A stretch of DNA of 64,000 nt, taken from the NCBI GenBank assembly GCA_949358305.1, contig OX442314.1:30876001-30940000 (forward strand), in the 5' to 3' direction. Below the pieces are notes generated by a model, which searched no databases, was not told the DNA's origin, and saw only the letters and a program-made list of their open reading frames with translations. This document shows, piece by piece, positions 22,738 to 35,900 of this stretch. Both the position numbers and the translations under genes were made by a program. How positions within the stretch are numbered: the first letter of the stretch is position 1; every line of letters starts with the position of its first letter. The DNA is from Strigamia acuminata (lineage: Eukaryota).

Positions 22738-23096
22738 AAGGGTGTCCCGAAATTAACGCAAGATTTGAATTAAATAGAAAACACAGTTTTTAGTCTTTAG
22801 ATTGTTATTTTTTTTTATTGAATCATAAAGTACATAGGATAGGGTTATTTATGGAATAACACATGGGGAAATGGCCTCCATGGCTTTGCTGGCAATTCTG
22901 ATCACCGAAACGAAAGAGTACACGACCAGGAAATGTCTCATGCAGTAATTGAATTGTTTCACGGGCTGTATGGCATGTGGCACCGTCTTGTTGAAACCAC
23001 ATATTGGCCACATCAATATCATCCAATTTCGGCAGAAACAATTTATTGCACAAATGGCGGCAAATTCAAATCTTGCGTTAATTTTGGGACACCCTT
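22738..23096 (-). mobile_element. Internally deleted Tc1/mariner element
   Basis: TIR AAGGGTGTCCCGAAATTAACGCAAGATTTGAATT and its inverse; TA TSD; empty site in the duplicate at ~28150-28165. Transposase remnant MWFQQDGATCHTARETIQLLHETFPGRV. A one-ended fragment also lies at ~27240-27321. Confidence 0.9.
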
Positions 23097-23211
23097 TATT
23101 TATAATCGAGTAAAGTGTTAGCACGAATGCCTAGCAGTTAGATGGCATAAACTAAGCCTGTTTTCAAAATTATTTTAATTTTGATTAAGTCCCAATGTAA
23201 GCACTTCTAAT

Positions 23212-26200
23212 TCAGGCAATGCTGCATTTAGGAGGGCCACTTGGAATGTTTTCGGCATCCATAACCGGTTCACATGCCCAGTCCCTATAAGCAATGGGAC
23301 ACATACTTATGTGAGGATCTGGATATTCGCCGTCCAAATACAATCGGATAGTCGTAATGAAATGCTCTTTCACACCAGACTCATTGTAAAAATAGGTCAA
23401 TTCGGGTCCGTATTGTGCACCACCGGAATACATTCGAACGGGGATCGTCTCCGCGCTCAGAATGCGTACATCTGAAATAAACAAAAGGAATAAGTTTTAT
23501 CCGTAATTAGCTTTGTACTTAATTTACACCCCAGAAACACAATAGGTGCATTCAATTTCAAATTGTGAAAAACTTGATTATCTAATCGCTTTTTGACTCT
23601 GAACGAGTTAATTCTCGTACGGTAAATCTTGAGCATGTGCAGTTATGACTTAAGTGTTCTATTTAGCTATTTGAACAAGTATAAAATTTAAAAAAAAAAA
23701 TGAAAACTGTTAGATGATTTTTTTTTCAATAATTTTGTAGAAAATAAAATTTTGATTTTTATAATTTCGGATTAAACAAATGATGCTCCACAACTTTACA
23801 AATGACAATTTTGAGATTGCAATGTTACTTTTTAACAAAGCAAAAAACCATCATGCACTTGTGACCAACTGCCCACGCAGGCTGATCACTGGCCTGCAAC
23901 ACACGGCACTCCACAGCTCTCGCGCGTTACGTGTTTTTTGTATGCAACTTGTTTGCGGTCCCCCGCAACCAGGTGGAGCTGCGGGCCGTTGGCTTCGGCC
24001 AATTCGGACTCGGAAGTGCCCTTCCGGAAGTGGGTGGGCCCCGCAAAGGCCCACGAGGTCAAGACAGTTCTCTTCTAGCCAGCAAGCTGGACGGTCGCTT
24101 CCACGACCGCTGTTCCTTTCTGACTATGACGACGACCCGAACGATCGGCCTGGCGTCGCACACCGGGACCTGAGCGTCCGTGTTCGCCGCGTTTGTCCTG
24201 CGTTCTCCGTGAACGCTACAACAACGTGGCCGAACAAGCATTCCGACCACGCGTGTCATTCGGCCAATGGCCGCCGTGCCACGAGGTCTTGTTAGTGATG
24301 GCTGTAATCCAGCCATCGCATTTGGAAATACACCTAAGACACCAATCATACCCCTAGACAACAATAAAGCTATCAATCATAACTAAACCTGTGTCTTTGG
24401 TCGTATTTTGGTGGATATTCATCGTGTGTGTTGTGTCCAGCGTCCCGTGGCTCTCCCCCGACCACGTGGCGTCCGTCCAAACACTCACACATTGTTGAAA
24501 ACCCAAACTTGTGTTGTTTAATGAATTGCCCATACTGTATACTCTAGATTCGTGAACACAATTTGTGTTTACCACTTAGTTGCAGAAATATTTGACTGCA
24601 AACACCTTAAAGTAATATTAATACACTCATTTCCCGAGAAGAAATTATTCACATAAACTAAACTGTTTCCATAAAGTTTACCCCGCCGATCTATTGAATT
24701 TCAAAATGGCCGACAGATAAATGAGTTGAAATCGAGGTCGAAATCCAAAGAATCGACCCCAAACGGGGATTACGAGAATCGGTTTTTCAATCATCCAATT
24801 CTAAAAAATATAATGCGTTTTTCGTCATTTCCATCCAACAAATTTTCGACAAATTTTCGATTTGAAATTGAACGCACCTGTATGTTCAGGAGGCATTCAT
24901 ATAAACACTTACTGTGGTCAGCAACCCATTCTGAAATTCTGGTTAGCATTTGTTGGGAAGTTTCAAACTCCGTTTTAGAACAGTTTCCATTCGTCAATTG
25001 CACAGGTAAGAACGTCTTGCAAGTGAGCGGTCCTAGAAATGGACTCATGTACGTCACAGCAATGACAGTTTCCGGTGTGCGAATGTAAAACAATCGCAAT
25101 ATGCGAAGATAGGACGTTCTGTCTTTCCCCGAACGAGATTCCCTGATCGCCATTTTCGTGTCATCCACTCGATTGTGCTGATCTAGGAACAAAAAACAAT
25201 TTAAGCTTTTGAAATAAATATCTTTTCGACTGCACTCAACTATTTTTCATTTTCATTCCCACAGTCTGCACGTTGCTCACGCGGATGTTTGGCTGTCCAG
25301 TGGTCCATGCCGACGCCAACTTCACGAGATCCGGAATGTTGTCGAATTCGAACTTTGGGAAAAAATCAATGACGCCTGGAAAATTGACTCGTGGGTCACG
25401 ACGCTTTAATTACTTCGCTGCAGGATTTTACCTACGGATTCGAAGGCGGGCGGTCCGATTTCGTAGAACACTCGAATTACAAACACGCTGAACCCGAAAT
25501 CAGTAAAATACGACCGGTCCGGGTCGACTAATCCTTGAGTTGTACTGTATTTCATTGGTTGTGTTTCGACAGTTATGATGAGTCCTAGATCCCATAGAAA
25601 CAAACTAATATTTCTTTCGTAACACGTCTCGCGGAATATTGCAGAATGTTACCATTGAGTGGATTTTGAGTTATCTTGTTATTGAGCTGAGCCATGACTT
25701 TATCGAACCGGTCAAACCGAACAGTCAAGAAGCCCGGAGTTTGTGCGGGTACAGTGTCGAAGTACGCCAACTGTTGAGGACCTAAATGGGGGTCTCTCCG
25801 TGGTACAAGCCATAACCTAGTGATGAAATCAAACATTAAAAATGAGCTATAAACAAAACAAAATAAAATAAAAAAGCATACCGTATAAAGATTGTGTTTT
25901 GAATGGTGAATAATTTGAGTGCTGAAAAAATCAAATTGTTGTGTTTACATGCAGAAAATAATTCGTGATTACTTTCGGTTTTCGATCAATGGCGAAGTGC
26001 CGGAAGCGATGCGCACATGCACAATAAAAATAGTTCGAGTTCACTCGAATTAAACAACCTTCTGCGAGGAATTATTCACTACTCGAATAATACGAGTACT
26101 TGTCATCCCTGTTTACATGACAGTTGTGCACACGGAATATTTCATCTCGCTCGAAATATTCCGTGCATGTAAACATAGTATGTGTTACCTACTCTATATG

Positions 26201-27056
26201 GAATTACCAACTTTGAAAATTTGTAGTATAACTATACTTTTTTCTAGAGTATAGTTAATTTTTTCAAATCAAGTTTTTGCTTTTGGAGCAAATTTATCCA
26301 TCATGTGCATTAGTTAATTTTACTAGGGTGCATACAATAAAACCATATGTCCTTGTAGCCATGGAAACAGAGTATATTGCACATTTTTATTAAAACATTA
26401 TTTATCTAATTAGAAGGATTAAATTACCACATCGAAATTTATGGAAAATTATGAAAAAAAAGCAAAAATTTCAAATTTCCAGAATAAACACTGTAATATT
26501 ATAAACACACAAAAAAAACATTTATTTTTAATAATTAAAACCAAAAAATTTAAACCTAAAACCACCAATAATTTGAAATTTTATGCCACTGGAAAACTTG
26601 ATAAAATCAGCTTTAATGAAAATTTCCCTCATTTTCATGACATAACTTCCAAAAAAAATATTATATACTTATACCTATATTTACCTCAAACCTCTTACGT
26701 AAGTAGTACCAGTATTATGCTCAATAAAAGTGACATTCTGTACACTAGGAATTCCGCCTTTACTTTTAAACTCAATACTCTCGCAAGCTCTCGCTTCCCA
26801 CTCCGGATTAAGCCGCAGCCACTCGTTAGATCTTCCTATTAAAGTCCTGCAAACAAAACCAAATTCATCAAAATAAAAAATAATAATTTCTCAAAAAAAA
26901 AAGAAAAAAGCATTCTCACGGAAATCTGATTTCCGGGTTCTCCGGTAAAAAATCAATGACACACAACTGCGATTTCGCTTTCTTCTCCACGTAACAATAA
27001 CTACTGAATATGGCATCGCACGGCGGCGGAGCGTCATACGGTGGCGGGGAAGCCAT
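23212..27056 (-). CDS. Uncharacterised four-repeat protein with N-terminal PPxY and C-terminal CaaX, copy A (7 exons, ~426 aa)
   Basis: Exons 27056-26920, 26846-26685, 25816-25653, 25584-25432, 25375-25241, 25182-24913, 23471-23212; phases compatible, 1281 nt. Starts MASPPPYDAPPPCD, ends PKCSIA*. Confidence 0.8.
23860..24489 (+). mobile_element. Solo LTR related to the element at 33766-40793
   Basis: TGTGACC...CACTCACA, 630 bp, colinear with but diverged from the 623-bp LTRs; flanked by CACT/CATT. The duplicate unit has the empty site ATG-CATT-GTTGAAAA at ~28942-28957. Confidence 0.9.
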
Positions 27057-28279
27057 TGCTCGTTTGTATCTCTCCGTTGCTAAAATACAAATTGGGTGTT
27101 TTCGTGTTGCAGAGTCGAGCCTTGAGTGGCCCCGCTGTAACTATGGAGACCGACTGCTTTTGTATACAAAAATAATCTGTATCTAGGCCGAGTTCCCGTG
27201 CGTCATAGTTGATCCAAGTTCAATTCCCATTTTAATTATTCGTTGTTGTTTCAGGGTTGCCAACAATTTACTGCACAAATGGCGGTTAATTCAAATCTTG
27301 CGTTACTTTTGGGACACCCTTTATAAAAAAATAAAATAAAAATATCTTTTGAATCAGTTATTTATCTCAAACCTCTCACATAAATAGGATTGATGTTTTG
27401 CTTTGTTCACAATGATTAATTCACATCTTTTTTCTCGCTCAGCCTTCAGACATTTAGATTGCAGATGATTTCTTTGTGACATTATCAGTTGCTAATAAAC
27501 AACTCATGAATTACAAACTGAAAATTGGAATGCGTGACTTCAGATTTTTATTATTCATTACATTGCACTTTTAATTCAAATCTGCAATTGCTAGGTACGA
27601 CTGAAAAATAAAGCGTTTACAATACCGGCTGAGTCGATGGCCCTCTGTACACACCGCGCTTAACCGGTACATAAAAGTTTAAAAATATTTTGATGGAAAT
27701 CTTTAAAATACAGATACCAAAAACGGAATATTATTCATTTAAAAGATCAAATTTGCATTGTAATATTTTAAATTTTAGCTGACTTATAGAATATCTTACA
27801 TCTTATACCTTTTAAATTAGATAAAATAGAAATGTTGCATTTACCATATATTGTACTTTACTATTGTACACACCATCTTAACACTGCAAAAAGCAATGCA
27901 AATAAACAGATGTTTTGGTATTGATTGAAAAAATGTATAGGAATGAAAAATGTACAAATTCTACATGATAACATTTAACAAAATTATTATTATTGTGAAT
28001 GAATGAAATATTTTAAGTAGACATTCCTATAGGATAACAAAATGCAAAAATACTCTTGCCACTTCTCATTTCAGGAACTAATTATTGGCATAAGCAGTTT
28101 CAGTTATGCCGCTACTGAAGGTTCGTAAAGGCTTTGCAAGCGTATTGTGGGTTTTATTATTTGTAATCGAGTAAAGTGTAATGAGTTAGCACGAATGCCT
28201 AGCAGTTAGATGGCATAAACTAAGCCTGTTTTTAAAATTACTTTCATTTTAATTAAGTCCCAACGTAAGCACTTCTAAT

Positions 28280-31200
28280 TCAGGCAATGCTGCATTCGGC
28301 GGGGCCACTTGGAATGTTTTCGGCATCCATAACCGGTTCACTTGCCCAGCCTCTATACGCAATGGGACACATACTTATGTGAGGATCTGGATATTCGCCA
28401 TCCAAATACAATCGGATAGTCGTAATGAAACGCTCTTGCACACCAGACTTATTGTAAAAATAAGTCGATTCGGGTCCGTATTTTGCACCGCCGGAATACA
28501 TTCGAACGGGGATCGTCTCCGCGCTAAGAATGCGTACATCTGAAATAAACAAAAGAAAGAAGTTTTGTCCGTAATTAGCTTTAGACTTAATTTACACCTC
28601 TGAAACGCAATAGATGCATTCAATTTCAAATTGTGAAAAACGGATTATAAAAACTTGATTATCAAATCGATTTTCACTTTTAACGAGTTAATTCTCGTAC
28701 GGTAAATCTTGAACATGTGCAGATATGACTTAAGTGTTCTATTTAGCAATTGAAACAAGTATAAAATTTATTTTAAAAAATGAAGACTGTTGGATGAGTT
28801 TTTTTCCAATAATTATGTAGGAAATAAAATTTTCATTTTTATAATTTCTGATTAAACAAAACAAATGATGCTCTACAACTTTACAATTGACAAATTTGAG
28901 ATTGCAATGTTACTTTTTAAGTTACAAAGCAAAAAACTATGATGCATTGTTGAAAACCCAAACTTGTGTTGCTTAATGAATTGCCCAGCCCCTGTTTACT
29001 CTAGATTCGTGGACACAATTTGTGATTACAACTTAGTTACAGAAATATTTGACTGTACGTTAATATACAGTGTTGTGTGCGTTACTGGAATTTGGTAACT
29101 AGTTACCGTTACAGTTACTTGGCAAAAAAATAATAGTTACCAACCGTTACCGTTACATTTTAGGTAGCTAAGTTACCGTTATCGATAAAATACGATGCGT
29201 TTTTCGTCATTTCCATCCGACAAATTCGAGAGAATCGGTTTTTCGATTTGAAATTGAACGCACCTGTGTGTTCAAGAGGCGTTCACATAAACACTTACTG
29301 TGGTCAGCCACCCATTCTGAAATTCTGGTTAGCATTTGTTGCGAAGTTTCAAACTCCGCTTTAGAAAAGTTCCCGCTCGTCAACTGCACTGGTAAGAACG
29401 TCTTGCAAGTAAGCGGTCCTAAAAATGGACTCATGTACGTCACCGCAATCACAGTTTCCGGTGTGCGAACGTAAAACAACCGCAATATGCGAAGATAGCA
29501 CGTTTTGTGTTTCTCCGAACGAGATTCCCTGATCGCCATTTTCGTGTCATCCACTCTATTGTTCTGATCTACAAACAAAAAAACAATTTAAGACTTTTAA
29601 ATAAATATCTCCTCGACCTCACACTCAACCATATTTCATTTTCATTCCCACGGTCTGCACGTTGCTCACGCGGATGTTTGGCTGTCCAGTGGTCCATTCC
29701 GACGCCAATTTGACGAGATCCGGAATGTAGTCGAATTCGCCATTGCGCGACTTTGGGAAAAAATCAATGACGCCTGGAAAATCGACTCGTCGGTTACGAC
29801 GCTTTAATTGCTTCGCTGCAGGATTTTACCTACGGATTCGAAGGCGGGCGGTCCGATTTCGTAGAACACTCGAATTACAAACACGCTGAACCCGAAATCA
29901 GTAAAATACGACCGGTCCGGGTCGACTAATCCTTGAGTTGTACTGTACTTCATCGGTTGTGTTTCGACAGTTATGATGAGTCCTAGACCGCATAGAAACA
30001 AACTAATATTTCTTTCGTAACACGTCTCGCGGAATATTGCAGAATGTTACCATTGAGTGGATTTTGAGTTATCTTGTTATTGAGCTGAGCCATGACTTTA
30101 TCGAACCGATCAAACTGAACAGTCAAGAAGCCCGGAGTTTGTGCGGGTACAGTGTCGAAGTACGCCAACTGTTGAGGACCTAAATGGGGGTCTCTCCGTG
30201 GTACAAGCCATAACCTAGTGATGAAATTAAACATTAAAAATGAGCTATAAACAAAACAGAATAAAATAAAAAAAAGAATACCGTATAAAATTTGTATTAC
30301 TGTATTAACGCGCATGCCGCTGTACATGGAATTACCAACTTTGGAAAATTTCAGATATAATTTACACTCCGTGTAAATGTGACTTTACAAAGCTAAAAGT
30401 TCAAATTTACATTAACTTTTCAGCAATTAAAAGACGTTTAAAGCCGGATGAATAATTATAATGGAATTTGGGCCAGAAATTTGAGTTTTCTTGATATTCT
30501 AAAGGTTAATATTAAAATTTGGATAAATTTGTAGAAAATTTAGGCCAATTTCCTACATTTTGGGCATCTAAAAACGCTTTTTATGCATTTTTTGGTTCAA
30601 TTCTAATCGAAAATATTCATACTCACTTACGATATACCGGTAAAAACTTGGTTTAGCGGCATGCTGGTAAAACTATACCGGCATGTGGCTTAAAGCGGAG
30701 TAATACGGTAGGATTATGATAAAAATATCACTGGAAAAAAAATCAGATTTACTCACTTGTAAAGAATTGTAAATATATAGGTAGATGGATTTTACAAGTT
30801 TGTAAATTAGATTTACAAACAATTGAAAATAAGTCTTTTCCACACGTATTTACAATCTGGAAAGAGACCATTTCCGGGACTTTTTTTACAATAACTTTAC
30901 AAACATTTTCAATTACGTAATTATGAAATTTCATAATATATTTCCAATATAAAAAATCTACTACCCTCCATTTTGAAAAATATAAATACACAAACTCAAT
31001 TTTTTTTTTTAAGTTGTTTGATTTTTTTTTTCAAACACTATTCAACAATTAGTTTTCATTGATTTCATCGCAATTTGCATGTTTTATTGACAGTTTTGTT
31101 TAAATTTATTTTAATCTTATTGTTTTCTTTTTACTTACCTTGACCTCTGTCAGAATTGAACCCGGGACCCTTTATTCCAAAGACCACTGCTCTATCCACC

Positions 31201-32916
31201 AGGCTTGTACAGCTTATACTATAAGCATGCATAACTTCTGTTATACAGTAACGTTTTCCAAAATGGTTTTGAATTTTCAAATAGTCTATTTGAAAATCAA
31301 ACAGTTTAAATAAAAAAAAGTTGAATATTTAAAATTTTCAAAATGGAGGATAGTAGATTTTGTATATTGGTAGAAAATTCGGAAATTGTTGTTATGTTGT
31401 ATGCAAGAACAACTTGGAAGTAAGAACTAATTTTACTCAATAGCATTATTCGTAACGTACGATTGACGTTACGAGTGGACGATTCATAACGTACAATGGA
31501 CGTGTACGTTACGAGTGGACGATTCACGGAACTTGGCGGGAATGTTTGAATATTTTGAAATTTATTGAGAATATATTTGAAATATATTGTAAAATTTCAA
31601 AACTACACAATTGAAAATGTTAGTAAAGTTATTGTAAAAAAAAGTCATGTAAATGGTCTCTTTATTAGGTTGTAAATATGTTAGAAAAAGATGATTTTCA
31701 ATTGTTTGTAAATCTAATTTACAAACTTGTAAAATCCATCTACCTTTATATTTACAATGTGTTGAAAATATCCAAACAACATTTCCATCTGAAAGAAAAC
31801 TGATAGTAAATATAATATTTTAAACAACAAATTTACAATTTATTGGAAATATTAGATTTCACTATTAGAATTTACTACTAATTTCCAAAAGTGTGGAAAT
31901 GTATAAATATTTGCAACACATTTCCAACTAATTTTCTCATAATAGGAAATTTGAATTTTCCAAATTAATTTCCAACTTGGAAATGTTTGGAAATTTACTT
32001 TTTTTTCCAGTGTATCCTTCAAATCATCTAAATTTAATTAAATTCCAACTTTTTATTATAAAAACTACTAGAGTCTAGTTAATTTTTTCACGTTAAGTTT
32101 TTGCTTTCGGAGCAAATTTATCCATCATGTGCATTAGTTAATTTTACTATGATGCATACAATAAAACCATATGTCCTTGCAGCCATGGAAACAGAGTATA
32201 TTGCACATTTTTATTAAAACATTATTATCTAATTAGAAGGATTATAAATTACCACATCGAAATTTATGGAAAATTATGAAAAAAAGCAACAATTTCAAAT
32301 TTCCATAATAAACACTGTAATATTATAAACACATAAAAAAAAATTATTTTTAACAATTAAAACCAAAAAATTTAAACATAAAAACCACCAATAATTTAAA
32401 ATTTCAGAAAAAAATTTTGCTAATTTTATTCCACTGAAAAACTTGATAAAATCAGCTTTAATGAATATTTCCCTCATTTTCATGACATAACTTCCAAAAA
32501 AAAATTTTCATAAACCTATATTTACCTCAAACCTCTTACATAAGTAGTACCAGTATTATGCTCAATAAAAGTGACATTCTGTACACTAGGAATTCCGCCT
32601 TTACTTTTAAACTCAATACTCTCGCAAGCTCTCGCTTCCCACTCCGGATTAAGCCGCAGCCACTCGTTAGATCTTCCTATTAAAGTCCTGCAAACAAAAC
32701 CAAAATTCATAAAAAAAAAATAAAAATAATTTCTCAAAAAAAAAAAAACAAAAAAAAAAAAAACCATTCTCACGGAAATCTGACTTCCGGGTCCTCCGGT
32801 AAAAAATCAATGACACACAACTGCGATTTCGCTTTCTTCTCCACGTAACAATAACTACTGAATATGGCGTCGTACGGCGGCGGAGCGTCATACGGTGGCG
32901 GGGAAGGGGAAGCCAT
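28280..32916 (-). CDS. Uncharacterised four-repeat protein with tandem PPPY and C-terminal CaaX, copy B (7 exons)
   Basis: Same exon structure as copy A; starts MASPSPPPYDAPPPYDAIF (exon 1 32916-32774), ends AECSIA*. No disabling lesion noticed. Confidence 0.8.
30729..32012. mobile_element. Non-autonomous CACTG-ended DNA transposon
   Basis: CACTGGAAAAAAAA...TTTTTTTTCCAGTG; internal inverted segment (30775-30830 vs 31695-31755); tRNA-like B-box remnant at ~31145-31205 (minus). Absent from the matching intron of copy A. Confidence 0.65.
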
Positions 32917-35900
32917 TGCTCGTTCTCGTTTGTATCTCTCTCCGTTGCTAAAATACAAATTGGGTGTTTTCGTGTTTCAGAGTCGAGCCTTGAGTGGTCC
33001 CGCTGTAACTATGGCGACCGACTTGCAACTATGGCAACGCGTATCTAATAAAAATCAAAATATGACCATGAAATAAGGAAGAGCGCAAATATGAGAGACA
33101 AAAATAAGATTGATCGTGTTGTTTACACAATTTTATGTTTATTTCATGCAGAAAACGCTTAAAGTTTATACTTGCTGCATAAATAGTTGTGGGTGATGCA
33201 TTTCCTGTTTTTCCTCACTTGTTTTCCACGAAATCATGATCGAGGAAGCAGTAATATGTTGATAGAAATATATTTAATTGGACGTGAATTGGTTGCCCTA
33301 TTCACACTCACTCCAAAATGCAGTATCACGTTGGGAATATCATCAGTCGGCGCAAACCACAAGCCTCACTGTTTTCAGCCAATGAGAGAAGCCATGATTT
33401 GGTCTGTCTGTAGTCTTCAAAAAGTTAGAGCCAGGTGTAAATCCAGGTGGCTCTGCCAAACCCAACTGAATTAAAAATGGCGTAAGTTGCAAAGATGGCC
33501 ACCAGATGGCAGTGCATCATTCCTCAAAAATTGTATCTTTAGGTCGATAAATTGAATTTTTCAAGTATAAATTTCGTTTTGGTGTCTAAAAACCAGTCTC
33601 AAATTTATTATTGATGCTTTTTAGTTCCCATTTAGCAGCAAAAATAACTAGGGTTGCAAACAATCCATTTTTTAGGCTTGTTTGGCAAAAAATTGGTTAA
33701 CTCTCCAATGGTAATAATCACTTATGTAGTGATGGTTACGTGCAAATACATTCAAAAATATAAACTGTGACCGGCTGCCCGCTCAGTCCGCTCACTTGCC
33801 TGCAACACACGGCGCTTCCACGGCTCTCGCGCACCTCGTGTGTTTCTCGCGCGCACCTGTTGCGGACCCCCGCACCAGGTGGAGCTGACGGTCGTTGGCC
33901 CGGCCAATTGGGAACCGGAAGTGCCCCTTCCGGAAGTGGTGGGCCCCGCAGAGGCCCAAGAGAGTTCTCTAACTTCCAGCATGGCGAACGGTCGCTTCCA
34001 CGATCGCTCTTCCACGCTGGCGGCAATGACGAATCCAGTTGGCGTAGCGACTCTGTCGCCCGCCGGGACTTGATAGCCCACGTTCCCCGTGTTCGTCCTG
34101 CGTTCCCCGTGAACGTAGCGACGACACGGCTAAACGGTATTCCGACCACGTGTGTCATGGCGGCCATTGGCCGCCGTGCCACGCGGTCTTGTTAGGGACG
34201 GCTGTTCGCAGCCGTCGCATTGGGAAATGCACTGGGAGACACCACATCATACCCCTAGACATCAATAAAGCTTACCTTAAACTAAACTTGTGTCTCTTGT
34301 GTATTTCGGAGTGAATTCTATCGTGTGTGTTGTGTCCAGCGCCTCGTGGCTCTCCCCCGACCACGTGGCGACCGTCCAAACACTCACAATTGTGGGCCCG
34401 TCCTGGATCTTGAACTCTTTGCGATTTTTTTTTTTCTATTTTCTGGTTGAGTTGATAACTCAACATTGAATGAAATTTTTCGATCAAAAAGGGGGAAATT
34501 TCTTTGGTCATGGTTGTGATAGGGAATCAGCAGGCGAAACGGCCGCTAATCGCTGATTTTGGACCCTAACTTGACAAAATTGGTGGCTGTGCATGTCCAG
34601 CTTGCCTGGGTACTGGCAAGCCGGGACTTACATTGGCCACACTTTCCAACGGTCTTCTATTCCTTTCTAGCTTAGCCTAAAAAACTGAGTGGTTGGGAGG
34701 GGAATACAATTCCAAACCTTCTTTATTATTTTTATTTCTTGGTGCGCAGCCCAAGTAAAAGTAATGGAACAGTCTGCAGCGTATTCAAACTCGATTAGTG
34801 GAGGAGGCGCGCTGGTGGCCACCAGCAACCCAATTCCCACGGGGGAGAAGCGGTCATATTCTAATTGCCACGCTGCAATCGCTGGTTCCATTATGGGCCG
34901 GGCGAGGAGGCGATGTTGAACTGAGCTTTGAGTGACACCAAACTTCTTGTAGGACGTTTAGTCGCTTGGATGCAGGTTGCTAGCTTAGTGGTCGCTGGCG
35001 CGGGAACAGTCACGTGCGGTGAGTTGGCGTGTAGTTGGACCCGAGTAGCAGCGAAGTGTCCGCACACATGGGAAGACTGCCTTGATTTTTGTTGCAACTC
35101 ATAATTTATGAGTTGCGTTGTGGCTGCTCGAGGCGCTCATCCGGGTTCACATCGGTCATAATCCTACCCTGTCCCGTGTACTGGTTGGAAACAGTTGCAA
35201 GTTGGATACAACCCTAGAACTGTGGAAAATTGGGACACGGACAGCAGGGAGAGCTGCCGGAGGTACGGGGAAACCAATGGTGAAGTGCTCAACTGACACA
35301 GAGAGTTCGTTAGGGCGTAGGAACGATATCTGTGCATTCAGGTAGCTACCAACTTTGAAAAGAGATTGGGAATCTAGCCTGTAACTTTTGCTTCTGAATT
35401 TTATTCACCTTCATTGGATTTTCAAGTTGTTTCAGCTTGTTTTCGAGGACTGTGCTCGAACCACAGTTTTGGACAATCTCTACAATTTGGAAGTTTGTTT
35501 TTATTTTACAACCTTTTTTGTTTTTTCACTTTATCTTCGATTTTTTTTCCCTATCTATGATTTTCATGGTTCTTTGGGACGCCACACCGGACAGTAGACA
35601 TCGTTGTAACTGAATACACGTGTTTCATGACCTGGAGGTAGACAGCACCAAATAGAAGGTGATATGGCTTTAAGTTGGCAGCTGAAGGGTGGGCCCCCAA
35701 AGCAACTAGGGACAGGAGATGCATTTCCTTTTTTACTTTAAGTGCAGCTGACTGTCCCACAAAAAACACCATTTCATTGGGATGAACAGACATCTCAGTG
35801 TAGGCACGTTTCTGTCGAAAGGCAGCCTCGTGCAGACTGGAATGAAAGCTTCCCGAAAGGGGCGAGCGGGCGCGTTTGTTGGTCTCTTGGGGCAGAAGAA

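Larger units (their letters stand above)
21805..33022. repeat. Tandem segmental duplication (units ~21805-27153 and ~27154-33022)
   Basis: Long colinear similarity including introns (e.g. 21805-22735 vs 27154-28160); junction ...ACTATGGAGACCGA|CTGCTTTTG; the units differ by independent TE insertions. Confidence 0.9.

Noticed and set aside
31145..31205. tRNA gene
   Set aside because: Only a degenerate tRNA-like B-box segment inside a transposon; more likely a SINE-derived fragment.
33736..34195. Overlapping 100-170-aa ORFs within the LTRs (also 23780-24376 and 40118-40600)
   Set aside because: GC-rich LTR sequence is open in several frames by chance, and the frames are not preserved between the solo LTR and the paired LTRs.
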